IMG/VR virus record: IMGVR_UViG_3300011335_000092
Span: 1-48,725 of that record
From: a virus
Lineage: Duplodnaviria > Caudoviricetes
Strand: one strand, 5' to 3'
Length of the DNA: 48,725 nt
The notes beneath the pieces were generated by a model that was not told where the DNA came from, made no database searches, and worked only from the letters and a program-made list of their open reading frames with translations. Within the stretch, counting starts at the first letter, position 1. Each line of letters begins with the position of its first letter. The position numbers were made by a program, and so were the translations under genes. Of this stretch, positions 20,459 through 30,750 are shown piece by piece.

Positions 20459-20874
20459 TATAAAGTCTTCCCTTCTTGAAAGTCTGCAAGTGTTAAACCG
20501 TGTGTATATTGGCAATGCGCCATTTCAATCATTTTCCCCTTCCAACGTCCAGCCCATTCCAAGCCAAGACTTTCAGCAATCTCACCACATTGTGTAAATA
20601 ATGCAGTATCATTCCACCTAGCTTTACCATCTACAATAGGTACAAAATCAAAGGCTACGCGCCAGTTATGGAAAGATTGACCGCCTTTAGCATTAGTTAC
20701 TTTACTGCCTGGAGCTGTACGGCCTTGTGCGTATAATGCATTTTGTGACTCTGCATCCCTGTACGTTGACGTAATTAGCACGTCAATATTGTGTTTGGCG
20801 CAAGAAGCAATAAACTGCTCGCATAGCGTCTTTACTTTAGGATGTAGGTCTTCTAGTTTACGTGAGTTAATCAT
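20458..20874 (-). CDS. Endolysin, M15-family peptidase (L-alanyl-D-glutamate peptidase-like)
   Basis: YR..Q.ALYAQGRT, SFHNWRVAFD (SxHx6D), LEWAGRW..EMAHCQ zinc-ligand motifs. Confidence 0.9.
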   Translation of the reverse strand: MINSRKLEDLHPKVKTLCEQFIASCAKHNIDVLITSTYRDAESQNALYAQGRTAPGSKVTNAKGGQSFHNWRVAFDFVPIVDGKARWNDTALFTQCGEIAESLGLEWAGRWKGKMIEMAHCQYTHGLTLADFQEGKTL

Positions 20875-23453
20875 TATGCAAATATTACTATGCTAATTAA
20901 AGATGAATTTTCCAAACCTCCACTAGTAGGCTGGACGCAAAATCCACGAATTGATTGTGTTGTTCTAAGACCTAAATTTGACCCAGTATTAAATATAATA
21001 ACATTATCATCGCCAGATTGATTTGTCCCACCATTGTTAGTACCAGCAGATGCTGTAGCAACATAATTTACAAAAGGCATTGCTGTTGTAAAATTAACCA
21101 CAAATGAACCAGTACCTAAGTAAGGTACGTTAGCTACGTTTTGAGAGCCTGTATAGATAGAACATTGCTTAATAGTCGCATTGCCTGATGTCGTTAAACT
21201 TGTACCCGCTGTATATGTAATTGTTGTTGCTGTAACTGCCGTAACTACATATTGCCCATCAACGCCTGTTCCTGAAGTTATGTCTACATATATTTGATGT
21301 CCAACTTGATAAGCGTGTGATGCTACTGTTAGTACTACTGTTGTTCCTGATTGACTATATGTGGCTGAAATATCTGCAAGTGTTATAGTTGAAAATGATG
21401 CAAATGCTCTAGCACCAAAATAAGGTGCTGTCCCTGAAGTTGTGGTAAGGTTTGTTGCTGGGGTTGAACTTGCCCATGTTGTAACTTGCGCTGTACCTGT
21501 ACCTGTTGCCGCGCCTGATGCAGTAAACGTTGGGTTAAGTGCCGTAATGGTTGTAGAAGCTACAGTTTGTGATGCGCTTACAATATATGTACCTGTGCCG
21601 CCTGACCCTGAACCTAAAGCTGTAATAGTTGTGTTTGCAGTTACGCCTGTGCCACTAAGGATTTGACCCACTGCAATACCACTACCTGCTGATACAGTTA
21701 AAAGAGTACCGTTAATAGAACCTGTGATTGATGTGCTAGTAGCCCCAACCGCAACAAAACCAGCTGCCAAAGTTGTTCCAAGTGTTAGTACTGAATATTG
21801 AGTACCTGCAACCAAATCAACTGCGTTTACGGTTGAGCCAGCAGTTGATGTTAATACGTTATTAAGCTGTCCTGGTCTTACTGTTGCAACTGCACCTGTA
21901 TTTGTAGAACCACCTGTTATTACTGAGTTTGGAGTTAATGATGTTACACCTGTGCCACCTACAGACACACCAAGCGCAGAAAGTAAATTAGTAATTGTAA
22001 CCCCACTAATCGTGCCACCCAAGATATTAACTGCATTGTCGTTTTGAGTGCCTAGTGTACCAATTAGTGATGCGATGTTAGCTGAGAATAAAATATTACA
22101 TATTTGTAATGGTGATAAGTATGAAACCATCGGGGTACGCACTGCTGTTGCCATACCATAAGCACTATCATTTTGAACGTTTACCCAGCCGCCAGTATTA
22201 TTTACCGCTGCATTATTTGCAACAGCCTGACTTGTTAATGGCCCATATGCAGTAAATGTAACAGGGCTTGTAGCTGAACCTAATAGTTGTGACTTATCAA
22301 CAGTCCATGTTAATCCCGAACCGCCTGTAATTTTTGTATTTATAGTTAATGTAGGCGCGGCATTTGCTGTCAGGTATTGGCTATTTGTAATTGTGCCTGT
22401 TACTGAACCTGAAGTTACTGTTAATGTTGTGCCTGCACCACCAGAACCATTTGAAATATACCCTGTAAACGTTGCATTACCTGTAGTACCTGTACCCCAA
22501 GATTTAATATACGTACCATCTGAAACGTTATAGCCATTAATATACTGACCTAGTTGAAGCGTATTAATATATCCGCCCATACCATCTGGGCTACCTAAGA
22601 CATAGTATTGGCTTGCAATCATAATGCCTGTGGTACTTGTAACTAATCCAACTATACCTTCGTAGGCTGCAGCGTTTGCTGTGTCTGCTGTTGGCTGGCC
22701 TTGTAAGTAAATTGATTGTGTTTTATTTTGAACATAGTCTACTGTAGCAATTTGGTTTAATGTAGTTAGTGCTACGATAGGTTGAGGGTAGTCAACTGAG
22801 CCTACTGTTGAAGCTGCACTGATTGTATATGTACCTGTACCACCCGTACCTGTACCCAAAGCCGTAATAGTTGTGCCACTAGGGAACCCACTAGTTGTCC
22901 ATAAAATACCTGGGTTATAAATTGTTTGCCCAACCGCAAGAGTGCCTGATGTCACCGATGTAATAGTTAATGTTGTACCTGAGCAATAGCCTTGAGCAAC
23001 GATAGGCACGGCGGTGTATGCAGTGAATGGAGCAACTGTATAACAGTCAGAGCCTGTACAGTAAATTAAAATACTCGCACCGCTAGGAATGACCGCAGCG
23101 TTTCCAGAACCTGTTAACCCACTACCTGACCAAGTCTGCACATTGAGGTTGTATCCGCCTGATGTGTTATTAACAATTACATAAGTTTTAGTTTGTCCGT
23201 TAGGTACCAAAAGTGTACGAACCGCGCCAGGTGTGCCATTAACTATAAGAACTGCATTACGTGCCTCGTCAGATACTCCGTTAAGGTTTGTTAAGAGTTT
23301 GTTGGCAGTTGTGATTGTGATAGTCTGGACACCAGCAATAGCTTGTTCAAGCAGTGTACCTAAATTATTATTGGTAGTAGTACCCCATGTACCCGACTGG
23401 TCGGCGTTACCGATGAGCTCTAACTTTAGACTGGGTGAATACGTTGATGCCAT
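20874..23453 (-). CDS. Tail fibre protein, 859 aa
   Basis: N-terminal [17 protein letters not shown] anchor; three internal GTxLT(I/V)..GQ..T(T)IT..G.GGTGTY modules; C-terminal [13 protein letters not shown] gp53-like tip. Confidence 0.8.
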   Translation of the reverse strand: MASTYSPSLKLELIGNADQSGTWGTTTNNNLGTLLEQAIAGVQTITITTANKLLTNLNGVSDEARNAVLIVNGTPGAVRTLLVPNGQTKTYVIVNNTSGGYNLNVQTWSGSGLTGSGNAAVIPSGASILIYCTGSDCYTVAPFTAYTAVPIVAQGYCSGTTLTITSVTSGTLAVGQTIYNPGILWTTSGFPSGTTITALGTGTGGTGTYTISAASTVGSVDYPQPIVALTTLNQIATVDYVQNKTQSIYLQGQPTADTANAAAYEGIVGLVTSTTGIMIASQYYVLGSPDGMGGYINTLQLGQYINGYNVSDGTYIKSWGTGTTGNATFTGYISNGSGGAGTTLTVTSGSVTGTITNSQYLTANAAPTLTINTKITGGSGLTWTVDKSQLLGSATSPVTFTAYGPLTSQAVANNAAVNNTGGWVNVQNDSAYGMATAVRTPMVSYLSPLQICNILFSANIASLIGTLGTQNDNAVNILGGTISGVTITNLLSALGVSVGGTGVTSLTPNSVITGGSTNTGAVATVRPGQLNNVLTSTAGSTVNAVDLVAGTQYSVLTLGTTLAAGFVAVGATSTSITGSINGTLLTVSAGSGIAVGQILSGTGVTANTTITALGSGSGGTGTYIVSASQTVASTTITALNPTFTASGAATGTGTAQVTTWASSTPATNLTTTSGTAPYFGARAFASFSTITLADISATYSQSGTTVVLTVASHAYQVGHQIYVDITSGTGVDGQYVVTAVTATTITYTAGTSLTTSGNATIKQCSIYTGSQNVANVPYLGTGSFVVNFTTAMPFVNYVATASAGTNNGGTNQSGDDNVIIFNTGSNLGLRTTQSIRGFCVQPTSGGLENSSLISIVIFA

Positions 23454-23469
23454 GATGATTCCTTAAATT

Positions 23470-25998
23470 CTATGGTTGTTTGTTATTAATTTGAACCCAA
23501 TTAGGGTTTTGGGTATTGCCTACATTTGTCCAAGTAACTGATTGTGCATTATTAACATTAGTCCAAGTGATTGTTTGGCTATTTACAACTTTGAACCAGC
23601 CATAGCCTATTAATTGGTCTAACATTACCATATTTTCACGAATAAAACTAGCGAATATCGCTTGCGCTGCTACTACATCGGCTGCGTTTATGTTCTCGCT
23701 TACATTACTTTGGAATATTGCGGTACGTGTTGAACTATCTGCAGCGGATTGAGCTTCTGTTAGTGAGACTAAATAGGTTGCTTGGGCGCTTTGGCTAGTA
23801 TCTGACGTTACGGCTTCGGTAATTGCACTAGTAATAATGTTGATATATGCTTGAATATTTGCAAGCGTTGTTGGCTCTGTAATTGATACCGCAAATACAA
23901 AGTTAGCAGTATTAGAATCGGCTAGGGTTGAGTTTTCTGTAGCACTTGACGTAGTTACCCAAGATACTGATTCTGTATCAGCTATGGTTGCATTTTCTGT
24001 TGCATTTGACGTAGTTACCCAAGATACTGATTCAGAGTCAGCTAGGGTTGCATTTTCTGTTGCATTTGATGATGTTATCCAAGATACTAATTCGGAATCA
24101 GCTATAGTTGAGTTTTCTGTAATGGATGGGTTATATGCTTGTACTGCACTCTCACTGTCTGCTAAAGTTGAGTCTTCTGTTGTGCTACTTGCAAAAACAC
24201 TAAGTGTACTAAGTATATCGTTGAATGTTGAGTTTTCAGTAATTGAATCTGTGTATGCATTACCTAAAGGCGTATAAACAACAAAAATTACACCTTGTGT
24301 ACCTACGTTACCTACTGCAATACCGCCAGTTGTAGTTACTGCTCTAGCGCCACCACCTGCACCAAATCCTAACGAGGCAAGCGATGCAAAGCCACCACCG
24401 TTAGCGCCGCCTGAACCAAAGCCACCAAGAATTTCTATGCCTGATGAACCTTTACCGCAAGCACTTGCAACACTACCAAAAGCACCAGAACCGCCACCCC
24501 CATTTGAACCTGCAACGCCTGCACCTGCTGAACCAGCGCCGCCGCCAGAACCTAATGAATTATTACCGCCTGCGCCAGATAATACGGTAGTTGCATTTCC
24601 GCCAGCAGAACCGCCACCATTACCGCCACCCCCGCCGTGTGAGAATGAGTTTATAGTATTGCTAACGCCGTTACCCCCATTGCCGCCGTTACCATTAGGA
24701 CCAGCAGAACCGCCACCACCACCGCCTGAATTGCTTGTACTAGCTGCTGTACTTGTAGCACCATTACCACCTGTACCACCCGTAAATGTTCCTGTACCAC
24801 CTGTACCACCTACAGATGTAGGTACTGTTGTTACTGTGCCCCCAAGGCCGCCTGTTGCGGTGTTAGTAGTATCCCATATAGTAGTACCACCTGCACCGCC
24901 AGACCCAGCCCCTGCAGTTCCTGCAGCACCAATAGCGTAAGTAATAGAACCACTTAATGTTTGATTAGTAAGTAGTCTAAATCCGCCACCGCCGCCGCCT
25001 GCGCCGCCTGCTCTATTATTTCCTGATGCTGCTGAACCTGAACTACCGCCACCGCCGCCTATTAAATAAATATTATTGGAAGCATTATTCCAATCAGCAG
25101 GTGTAGTAAACGATGTGCCTGTAGTTAAAACATAAGCGCCAGTAGTTGAACCATTTGCAAAAGCAATACCTGCATTGTTACTTACGTTAGTTGAGTTAGC
25201 GCCAGCAAAAAAAGTAACAGGGTTTATATTTACGCTATTAATATCTTGAATTGAAAGATAGTCAATACCTGTCATTTTATTAGTGACAGTTAGACTTCTT
25301 TGACTTCCTGGCAAAGATGAACTTACTGTAACTACATTACCTGCTGACCCTGTAACAGACCAAGTTGTAATGGTTGGCACACTTGTTTGAAATGTTATTG
25401 TATGTGCTACTGTTTTAGTAGATGCTAATTCTAAAAATGTACTTGTAGTAGTATTAAATTGAGTAATAGCTGTAGATGTATTTCCACCAATAGTTATTTT
25501 GTTATACGTTAATGCAGTTCCACCAGAAAACTGTTTTGTTGATGTTGTATTATTACTTAAAACAATAGGGGCTGATGCGCCACTAAACGTAAGCCCTGTA
25601 TTATTTGTTGCCATATCCCAAGTGGTTGTGCCACTTAAAGTCCAAGTGCCTGTTCCCATAATAAGGGATTTTGTACCTACACCAAGGACAACTCCAGCTG
25701 CTGATACATTCCATCCATTGGCATCAAATGTGCCGTTGGTAAGTGTAATTAGGCTTGTTGCTGTTAAGTTTGCACCAAGTGTCAAACTGCTTAACGTAGA
25801 TGAGTTATATGTTAATGATGAACAAGTTGCACCAGTTGAAGTTGTAACTATACCTGTACCACTATTAGCATCAAAAGTAACCGTATCAGCAGTTGTTGGT
25901 GCAGAAGCTCCAGCAGAGCCACCTGTTGTAGCAGACCAATGTGTTGTGCTAGAAGTATCCCAAGTACCTGCACCGCCTACCCAAAATCTAGCAGCCAT
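23470..25998 (-). CDS. Glycine-rich fibre/adhesin with C-terminal 20-aa repeat stalk, 842 aa
   Basis: FWVGGAGTWD beta-helix-type start, central polyglycine domain, repeated (I/A)TEN(S/A)T(L/I)AD(S/T)E units, W-x-x-V-x-N tail. Confidence 0.7.
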   Translation of the reverse strand: MAARFWVGGAGTWDTSSTTHWSATTGGSAGASAPTTADTVTFDANSGTGIVTTSTGATCSSLTYNSSTLSSLTLGANLTATSLITLTNGTFDANGWNVSAAGVVLGVGTKSLIMGTGTWTLSGTTTWDMATNNTGLTFSGASAPIVLSNNTTSTKQFSGGTALTYNKITIGGNTSTAITQFNTTTSTFLELASTKTVAHTITFQTSVPTITTWSVTGSAGNVVTVSSSLPGSQRSLTVTNKMTGIDYLSIQDINSVNINPVTFFAGANSTNVSNNAGIAFANGSTTGAYVLTTGTSFTTPADWNNASNNIYLIGGGGGSSGSAASGNNRAGGAGGGGGGFRLLTNQTLSGSITYAIGAAGTAGAGSGGAGGTTIWDTTNTATGGLGGTVTTVPTSVGGTGGTGTFTGGTGGNGATSTAASTSNSGGGGGGSAGPNGNGGNGGNGVSNTINSFSHGGGGGNGGGSAGGNATTVLSGAGGNNSLGSGGGAGSAGAGVAGSNGGGGSGAFGSVASACGKGSSGIEILGGFGSGGANGGGFASLASLGFGAGGGARAVTTTGGIAVGNVGTQGVIFVVYTPLGNAYTDSITENSTFNDILSTLSVFASSTTEDSTLADSESAVQAYNPSITENSTIADSELVSWITSSNATENATLADSESVSWVTTSNATENATIADTESVSWVTTSSATENSTLADSNTANFVFAVSITEPTTLANIQAYINIITSAITEAVTSDTSQSAQATYLVSLTEAQSAADSSTRTAIFQSNVSENINAADVVAAQAIFASFIRENMVMLDQLIGYGWFKVVNSQTITWTNVNNAQSVTWTNVGNTQNPNWVQINNKQP
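23921..24120 (-). repeat. 60-bp tandem repeat (about 3.3 well-conserved copies) encoding SVSWVTTSNATENATLADSE
   Basis: Sequence lines 23941, 24001 and 24061 align with each other in register; more degenerate copies flank them. Confidence 0.9.
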
Positions 25999-26222
25999 TA
26001 CTCAATGACCTCTACAGGCACTTCTTCTACTACGATTTCTTGGGGGACTGATGGATTGCCATTGAAGTCAATGAAGTTTGTACCATCGTGAGTAAACCCA
26101 ATAGTAACAAATACATTATCTGGAATTAAAACAAGGGTGCAGCCTTCTGGGGGCGTGTCTGTAGGCTCGGCAACTATAGTGTTGACGACAAGCCCGTCCT
26201 GAATAACTGCACATCCTGACAT
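25998..26222 (-). CDS. Small acidic protein, possible fibre assembly chaperone, 74 aa
   Basis: AVIQDGLVVNTIVA..IGFTHDGTNF; stop overlaps the fibre start. Confidence 0.6.
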   Translation of the reverse strand: MSGCAVIQDGLVVNTIVAEPTDTPPEGCTLVLIPDNVFVTIGFTHDGTNFIDFNGNPSVPQEIVVEEVPVEVIE

Positions 26223-26244
26223 AACCTACCCCTTTAAAAGTAGA

Positions 26245-26850
26245 TTAAGATGTTGCTGTAGTGCTATAAGTTACGTTTAATTGGTCTGTTGATGCAACAG
26301 TTTTGTTACCGCCAGTGAATGAACCAGCTGAGTACAATGTACCTGTAGTATTATCAATAGTTGAAGAGCCATTAATGTTAATAAAACAACCTGCAACTGT
26401 ACCAGAGCCTGTAAATGTAAATGATACTGCAGCACTTGTTGTTTTAGTTGTTACGTTTGTAGGGGTTGTACCTGATGATGTAGCAGAGCTAAATGCTGGA
26501 GTCTTACGTGTGCCAGAATATGTAGGGGCATTTGTTGCGCCTGACTCTAGCCAACCTGCGTGTGAGCTTTGTGTATCCGCAGCTGCGTATGTAGGTGTTG
26601 AAGCACCTGATACTAAACCCATTACTACAGTCGCTGTATATGCGCTACCTGCAAGAAGCGTATCTAACATTAGTTGCTTACCTACAGCCATTACCAAGTT
26701 GTTGATTTCGTCTTCCCATTTTAAATTGCCATCTTTATCATAGCATTTAGCTACGAACTGACCTTCCATACCAACTGTCTCGTTAAAGTCAGCTGATTTT
26801 ACTAATGCGGCGTTGCTGATGTCGCCAAACCCTGCTACTTCTTTATGCAT
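26245..26850 (-). CDS. Virion structural protein, 201 aa
   Basis: SD AGGAG; Thr/Ser/Gly-rich beta protein with DKDGNLKWED..NLV motif. Confidence 0.7.
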   Translation of the reverse strand: MHKEVAGFGDISNAALVKSADFNETVGMEGQFVAKCYDKDGNLKWEDEINNLVMAVGKQLMLDTLLAGSAYTATVVMGLVSGASTPTYAAADTQSSHAGWLESGATNAPTYSGTRKTPAFSSATSSGTTPTNVTTKTTSAAVSFTFTGSGTVAGCFININGSSTIDNTTGTLYSAGSFTGGNKTVASTDQLNVTYSTTATS

Positions 26851-26859
26851 ATTATACTC

Positions 26860-27282
26860 CTATGAAATGCGAATTATGGCGTTTGATGCGTCCGCCGTTG
26901 GAAAAGTAATTGTAAATGTACCATTTGCTGTTTTATCTGCGCCAAAGTTTAGTACGGCTACAGCAGAATATGTTACTGCATTATATATCAAGGCCCCTCT
27001 ACAGGTAAAACTAGCTGGGGTCCAAACTACAGGTTGGAATGAAACGTATGCTGTTGAACCACTAGAAGCAGGGGGGATAATAATTAAATCTTGACCGCCT
27101 GTGTAATATCCTTCACCTACAACTTCGTTATCAGATGTATATTCCAAAGTATTTGCACCTAAATTAGCATTAGCGTTGTAGAGTGCGATAGCATAAAAAT
27201 ATGGTGTACCGACCGAAAAGTTTTCTAAACCTTTTAATAGATTCTCTTTAAATACTGTACATTGTGTTTGAACGATTGCCAT
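26860..27282 (-). CDS. Virion structural protein, 140 aa
   Basis: IALY..RGALIYN..VAVLNFGADKT motifs; coupled to the upstream gene. Confidence 0.7.
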   Translation of the reverse strand: MAIVQTQCTVFKENLLKGLENFSVGTPYFYAIALYNANANLGANTLEYTSDNEVVGEGYYTGGQDLIIIPPASSGSTAYVSFQPVVWTPASFTCRGALIYNAVTYSAVAVLNFGADKTANGTFTITFPTADASNAIIRIS

Positions 27283-28202
27283 TATAGACCTTTATATTCC
27301 AAGCTAGTTTGACCCTTACGGTATGCATCATTGCGTTCAAGACCATCACCAAGACGTTTAAGCTGCATTAATGATTCTTGAAACATCTTTTCATAGTAAC
27401 TAACCATGTCAGCCTCACCCTTCATAAAGATGACTGCTTCACGCATAGCGCCATAAAACAGCACTGGGTCATAGTTATCACCAAGCCATGAAGTACCTGT
27501 TGAGTTAAGAACCGAACCTACCAATACAGAAAAACCTGTACCTACTCCACCAATACTTGATGCTGCTGCAGATAATGTATTGCCTACAATATAAAGTGAA
27601 CCTGGACTATTAATCGTTACTGAAGATACGCCATTTTGTGACACAACTACTGTAGCTGTTGCAGATGTACCTGACCCGCCTGTTAAAGGCACGTTATAAT
27701 AAGTACCGTTCGTATAGTTAATACCTGGAGTAATTGCCCCAAACGCAGAGATTCTTCCCTGTACAATAGAAATTGGGTAGTAGAAATAGTGTAGTTCTGT
27801 TGTGTAATACTGGTCTGGAGTTGGTGCCATAATAGCTGACAGCTCTTCTAGATTACCTGTAGTTGGCCCGAACACTGCGTAGTATTTAGGTGTACCTGTA
27901 GAAGTTGGGTTTGGGTATGACTCACGAAGAAAGTTTACATCTTTATTTAATAGGTAGTTGTATTTACCTGTGCTATCAATAACAGCAATAGAATATGTTG
28001 CTAACCAATCATCAGGAAGCGAAAGATATGGGTTGTTAATAGTTAGCGTACCTGTCACGTTTTTACGAAGTGATGGCAACTGAACTGTATTATATATACG
28101 TCTCTCGGCTTCTTGCACAAACGTAGGAATGTTCGCTACGAATAGCGACTCCGTGTTTTCAGAGTAATCCTGAATTGCTTGTGATAGCTGGATATAGTTC
28201 AT
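27282..28202 (-). CDS. Head-tail adaptor-like protein with an inserted Gly/Ser/Thr domain, 306 aa
   Basis: FVQEAERRI..GTPKYYA..APTPD..ELHYFY..SWLGDN..LFYGAM pattern. Confidence 0.65.
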   Translation of the reverse strand: MNYIQLSQAIQDYSENTESLFVANIPTFVQEAERRIYNTVQLPSLRKNVTGTLTINNPYLSLPDDWLATYSIAVIDSTGKYNYLLNKDVNFLRESYPNPTSTGTPKYYAVFGPTTGNLEELSAIMAPTPDQYYTTELHYFYYPISIVQGRISAFGAITPGINYTNGTYYNVPLTGGSGTSATATVVVSQNGVSSVTINSPGSLYIVGNTLSAAASSIGGVGTGFSVLVGSVLNSTGTSWLGDNYDPVLFYGAMREAVIFMKGEADMVSYYEKMFQESLMQLKRLGDGLERNDAYRKGQTSLEYKGL

Positions 28203-28546
28203 TAGCCCATTTTTCCACTAATCTTACGACCTTTAGTTGCAGCGCCGTAGCCACGCATCTCACCAACGCCATATGGATTCATCACTTCTTTTTTACCACT
28301 GATGTTTACATCCATAGCAAGAGTTGAAGGGCTTACATCTTTAGCTGCACGGGCGTTTGGATTAACACTAGCCTTGATGTCTGAACTATAAGTGTTGTTC
28401 ATTGGTTGCTTGTAAACACCAATATCATTACCGCCACCTGATGGATATTTAAAGTCAGTATATGCACTAGCATCTTTGTTTTCTTTAGCATGACCTAACG
28501 GATATGCGTCAGCTGGTGTTGTTTTTACAAAATCATTCTTTGCCAT
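28202..28546 (-). CDS. Small low-complexity virion-module protein, 114 aa
   Basis: In operon; ends in MRGYGAATKGRKISGKMG motif. Confidence 0.7.
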   Translation of the reverse strand: MAKNDFVKTTPADAYPLGHAKENKDASAYTDFKYPSGGGNDIGVYKQPMNNTYSSDIKASVNPNARAAKDVSPSTLAMDVNISGKKEVMNPYGVGEMRGYGAATKGRKISGKMG

Positions 28547-28550
28547 GATA

Positions 28551-28727
28551 TTATCCTTGGTTTGCTACACGAGCTAGGTTACGACCTACTGACTTCATTG
28601 AGTCAGATGAAACGCCTTTTGAACCTTTGCCTGATTGAACGCCAACTTTTTTACCGTCGTCGCCTAAATTCTTACCTTTTGTCTTACCTGATTTTGTGAT
28701 GCCATCAGCACCTGATTTAAAAGCCAT
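28551..28727 (-). CDS. Small Lys/Gly-rich protein, 58 aa (not in ORF track)
   Basis: Hand translation: MAFKSGADGITKSGKTKGKNLGDDGKKVGVQSGKGSKGVSSDSMKSVGRNLARVANQG*; SD TAGGAG; fills the gap in the operon. Confidence 0.85.
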   Translation of the reverse strand: MAFKSGADGITKSGKTKGKNLGDDGKKVGVQSGKGSKGVSSDSMKSVGRNLARVANQG

Positions 28728-28743
28728 TTTAATACTCCTAGAA

Positions 28744-29133
28744 TTAAGTTGTTGTTATCGTTACTATACCTACTTGACCAATTCCAATCAAGTCATTTGG
28801 TGTTAATACTGTATCAAACCCACTTGCCCCACCAACAGGTGCCCAGCCCCACTGAAACTGACGACTACCATCTTGTGCATACCCATCTTTTCCTAAGCCT
28901 GACACCGCATAACTGGTATCTGGTCGGGGTTCTCTAACCCCTTGTGGGTCATTAACTGGGTAAAGCCCTAGTTGTAGTTGCGGTTGGTCAGGTTCCCAGC
29001 ATTCAAAACAAACTTTAATACTGACTTGCTTAGTCTTAATCGTAAGCTTTCTAAGCTCTGATAACTTGTATCTTTGTCCACATCTATCGCACTCGGCAAT
29101 ACTGTGCTTACCACTAGCGTACTTGGTTGGCAT
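28744..29133 (-). CDS. Zn-finger-containing conserved phage protein, 129 aa
   Basis: CDRCG..VCFECW, QPQL..PRPD motifs. Confidence 0.75.
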   Translation of the reverse strand: MPTKYASGKHSIAECDRCGQRYKLSELRKLTIKTKQVSIKVCFECWEPDQPQLQLGLYPVNDPQGVREPRPDTSYAVSGLGKDGYAQDGSRQFQWGWAPVGGASGFDTVLTPNDLIGIGQVGIVTITTT

Positions 29134-29645
29134 TATATAGCTACCTTATACTTATTATTTTTTCTATGGTTATCCGTAGCTGAGATAACTTGCATATTAG
29201 CTGGGACGTGTAATCCACTAACTAACTTACCCTGAAGGGGGATAATATGGTCCACGTGCCATTTAAATCCGTGCATTTTTGTTCTCTTAGCCGCTAAATC
29301 ATATATCTCATTAATAATCCATAAGTCATCATCAGTCAACCATGATGGTGTTCTATCTAATTTAGATGCCTTACGTTTTGCGGAGGCTTTATTTATAATA
29401 TGAGGGTTATTCTTACCATACTCTTTAGCATAGACTGCGCGTTTTTCTTTAATCCGCAAGTAATACTTTTGTTTTTGTTCCGTTATTTTTTCACAATTTT
29501 TTTCGTTATATTCTTTAGCTTGTTGCTTAAGTTTTTCTTTATTAGCTACCTTCCATGCTTTAATACGTGCAGATTCACTAGCTTTGTTATCAAGCCAATA
29601 TTGATGTGCATACTCTTTTTGCTTATTTTTATCTTTAAATGCCAT
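29133..29645 (-). CDS. HNH homing endonuclease
   Basis: Lys-rich helical repeats then WHVDHIIPLQG..GLHVPANMQVISATDNHRKNN. Confidence 0.85.
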   Translation of the reverse strand: MAFKDKNKQKEYAHQYWLDNKASESARIKAWKVANKEKLKQQAKEYNEKNCEKITEQKQKYYLRIKEKRAVYAKEYGKNNPHIINKASAKRKASKLDRTPSWLTDDDLWIINEIYDLAAKRTKMHGFKWHVDHIIPLQGKLVSGLHVPANMQVISATDNHRKNNKYKVAI

Positions 29646-29646
29646 A

Positions 29647-30369
29647 TTATCTAGTATATGAAAAATTCCTTGGCACGAAACGAATACTCGCTTTCTCGCG
29701 GTCTTCCTCTGCAGCTAGTTGGAACTGTTGTTCGTAGTCTGCTTTAAGTGCCATTGAACGGTTAGGGTCTACACCTGGAAGCTTTAAGCTCAAGTAATAA
29801 GCTAACCCCGCAACCATGCAGGGAAGAAAACGGCATGGAATATCCTGAGTATTAACAACATCGCCAGCCTCCTGTAGTCTACGTAAGCTCCAATAAACAA
29901 AAATATATTGCCCGTCAGGAGCATTAGGTGTAGGCCAGACGTTGATTTGAGGGTTCTTAATTCCACTTGGTGTTGTAGCTCCCGACTGCCGATTAATCCA
30001 TACTTGGATTGGTTTACCTTGTGTTAACTTGTTTGGGATAGTTGAATAGGTAGACTCTGAGATACGGTTAATATTAATATCGGTTTGTTGTATCGTGCCT
30101 GGCTGTGTTCTAATTACGTGGTCTAGTAAGTCAATCGTATCAATAGGCAGGTCGTATATCCCCACCCCTGTAGTAAGCGTAATCTGACCTTGCTCAATCG
30201 TCCACAAGTTAATGCCACGGTTAGCCCATTCTATCGTTAATAAGTTTAAACTACGACGCGCTGTACGGAAGTCATACCCTGTACGTAGCTCTGAACCACA
30301 ACGCTCAAAAGCCTCTTCAACAAGGTCATTTAAATCTAAGTTAAACGCTGTAGTAGCTGTAGTTGTCAT
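29647..30369 (-). CDS. Head-to-tail adaptor / tail tubular protein A-like, 240 aa
   Basis: EEAFERCG..ARRSLNLL..EWANRGINLW..VWPTP..GLAYYL pattern and position. Confidence 0.7.
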   Translation of the reverse strand: MTTTATTAFNLDLNDLVEEAFERCGSELRTGYDFRTARRSLNLLTIEWANRGINLWTIEQGQITLTTGVGIYDLPIDTIDLLDHVIRTQPGTIQQTDININRISESTYSTIPNKLTQGKPIQVWINRQSGATTPSGIKNPQINVWPTPNAPDGQYIFVYWSLRRLQEAGDVVNTQDIPCRFLPCMVAGLAYYLSLKLPGVDPNRSMALKADYEQQFQLAAEEDREKASIRFVPRNFSYTR

Positions 30370-30497
30370 TTATTTTCCCACTCAAACATAATTTGCACAA
30401 TGAATAAATCTATAATTAAAAAGTTGCTATCTTCATATTCGGCTAGTTCAATACCAACCATCATGCCTGTGATAAAACTAACGTAGCAACCAATCAT
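30366..30497 (-). CDS. Small hydrophobic protein, 43 aa (not in ORF track)
   Basis: Hand translation: MIGCYVSFITGMMVGIELAEYEDSNFLIIDLFIVQIMFEWENK*; starts 1 nt after the upstream stop and ends in an ATGA overlap. Confidence 0.7.
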   Translation of the reverse strand: MIGCYVSFITGMMVGIELAEYEDSNFLIIDLFIVQIMFEWENK

Positions 30498-30498
30498 T

Positions 30499-30750
30499 TT
30501 ACTTCACCTTTCTAAAGGGCTTAACCTTGCTTTTAATCTTGTCTGGCTGGGCTACAAACTGTTTACCTGCTGCCTTACCTGCACGTTTTGCTTTGGTTGT
30601 TGCTGCATACTCTGCTGGGCTAAGTGCTTTAATCGCCTTTTCAGGTAGGTATCGTTCACCAGTGTCAGATGATTTTTTACCTGACTTAGTTGTCCACTTC
30701 TGGTCACCCCAAGCTTTTAACGACTTTTGGCTTTTAGCTAACGCACTCAT
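30499..30750 (-). CDS. Basic protein resembling the C-half of the DUF5872-like family, 83 aa
   Basis: SQKSLKAW.DQKW.TKSG..ERYLP..KQFV motif (family name from memory). Confidence 0.65.
   Translation of the reverse strand: MSALAKSQKSLKAWGDQKWTTKSGKKSSDTGERYLPEKAIKALSPAEYAATTKAKRAGKAAGKQFVAQPDKIKSKVKPFRKVK

Noticed and set aside
29810-29900. Apparent odd residues in the adaptor (YWSLRRLQEAGDVV..IPCRF) as sequencing errors or decay
   Set aside because: The frame is intact and I cannot establish the family consensus without an alignment
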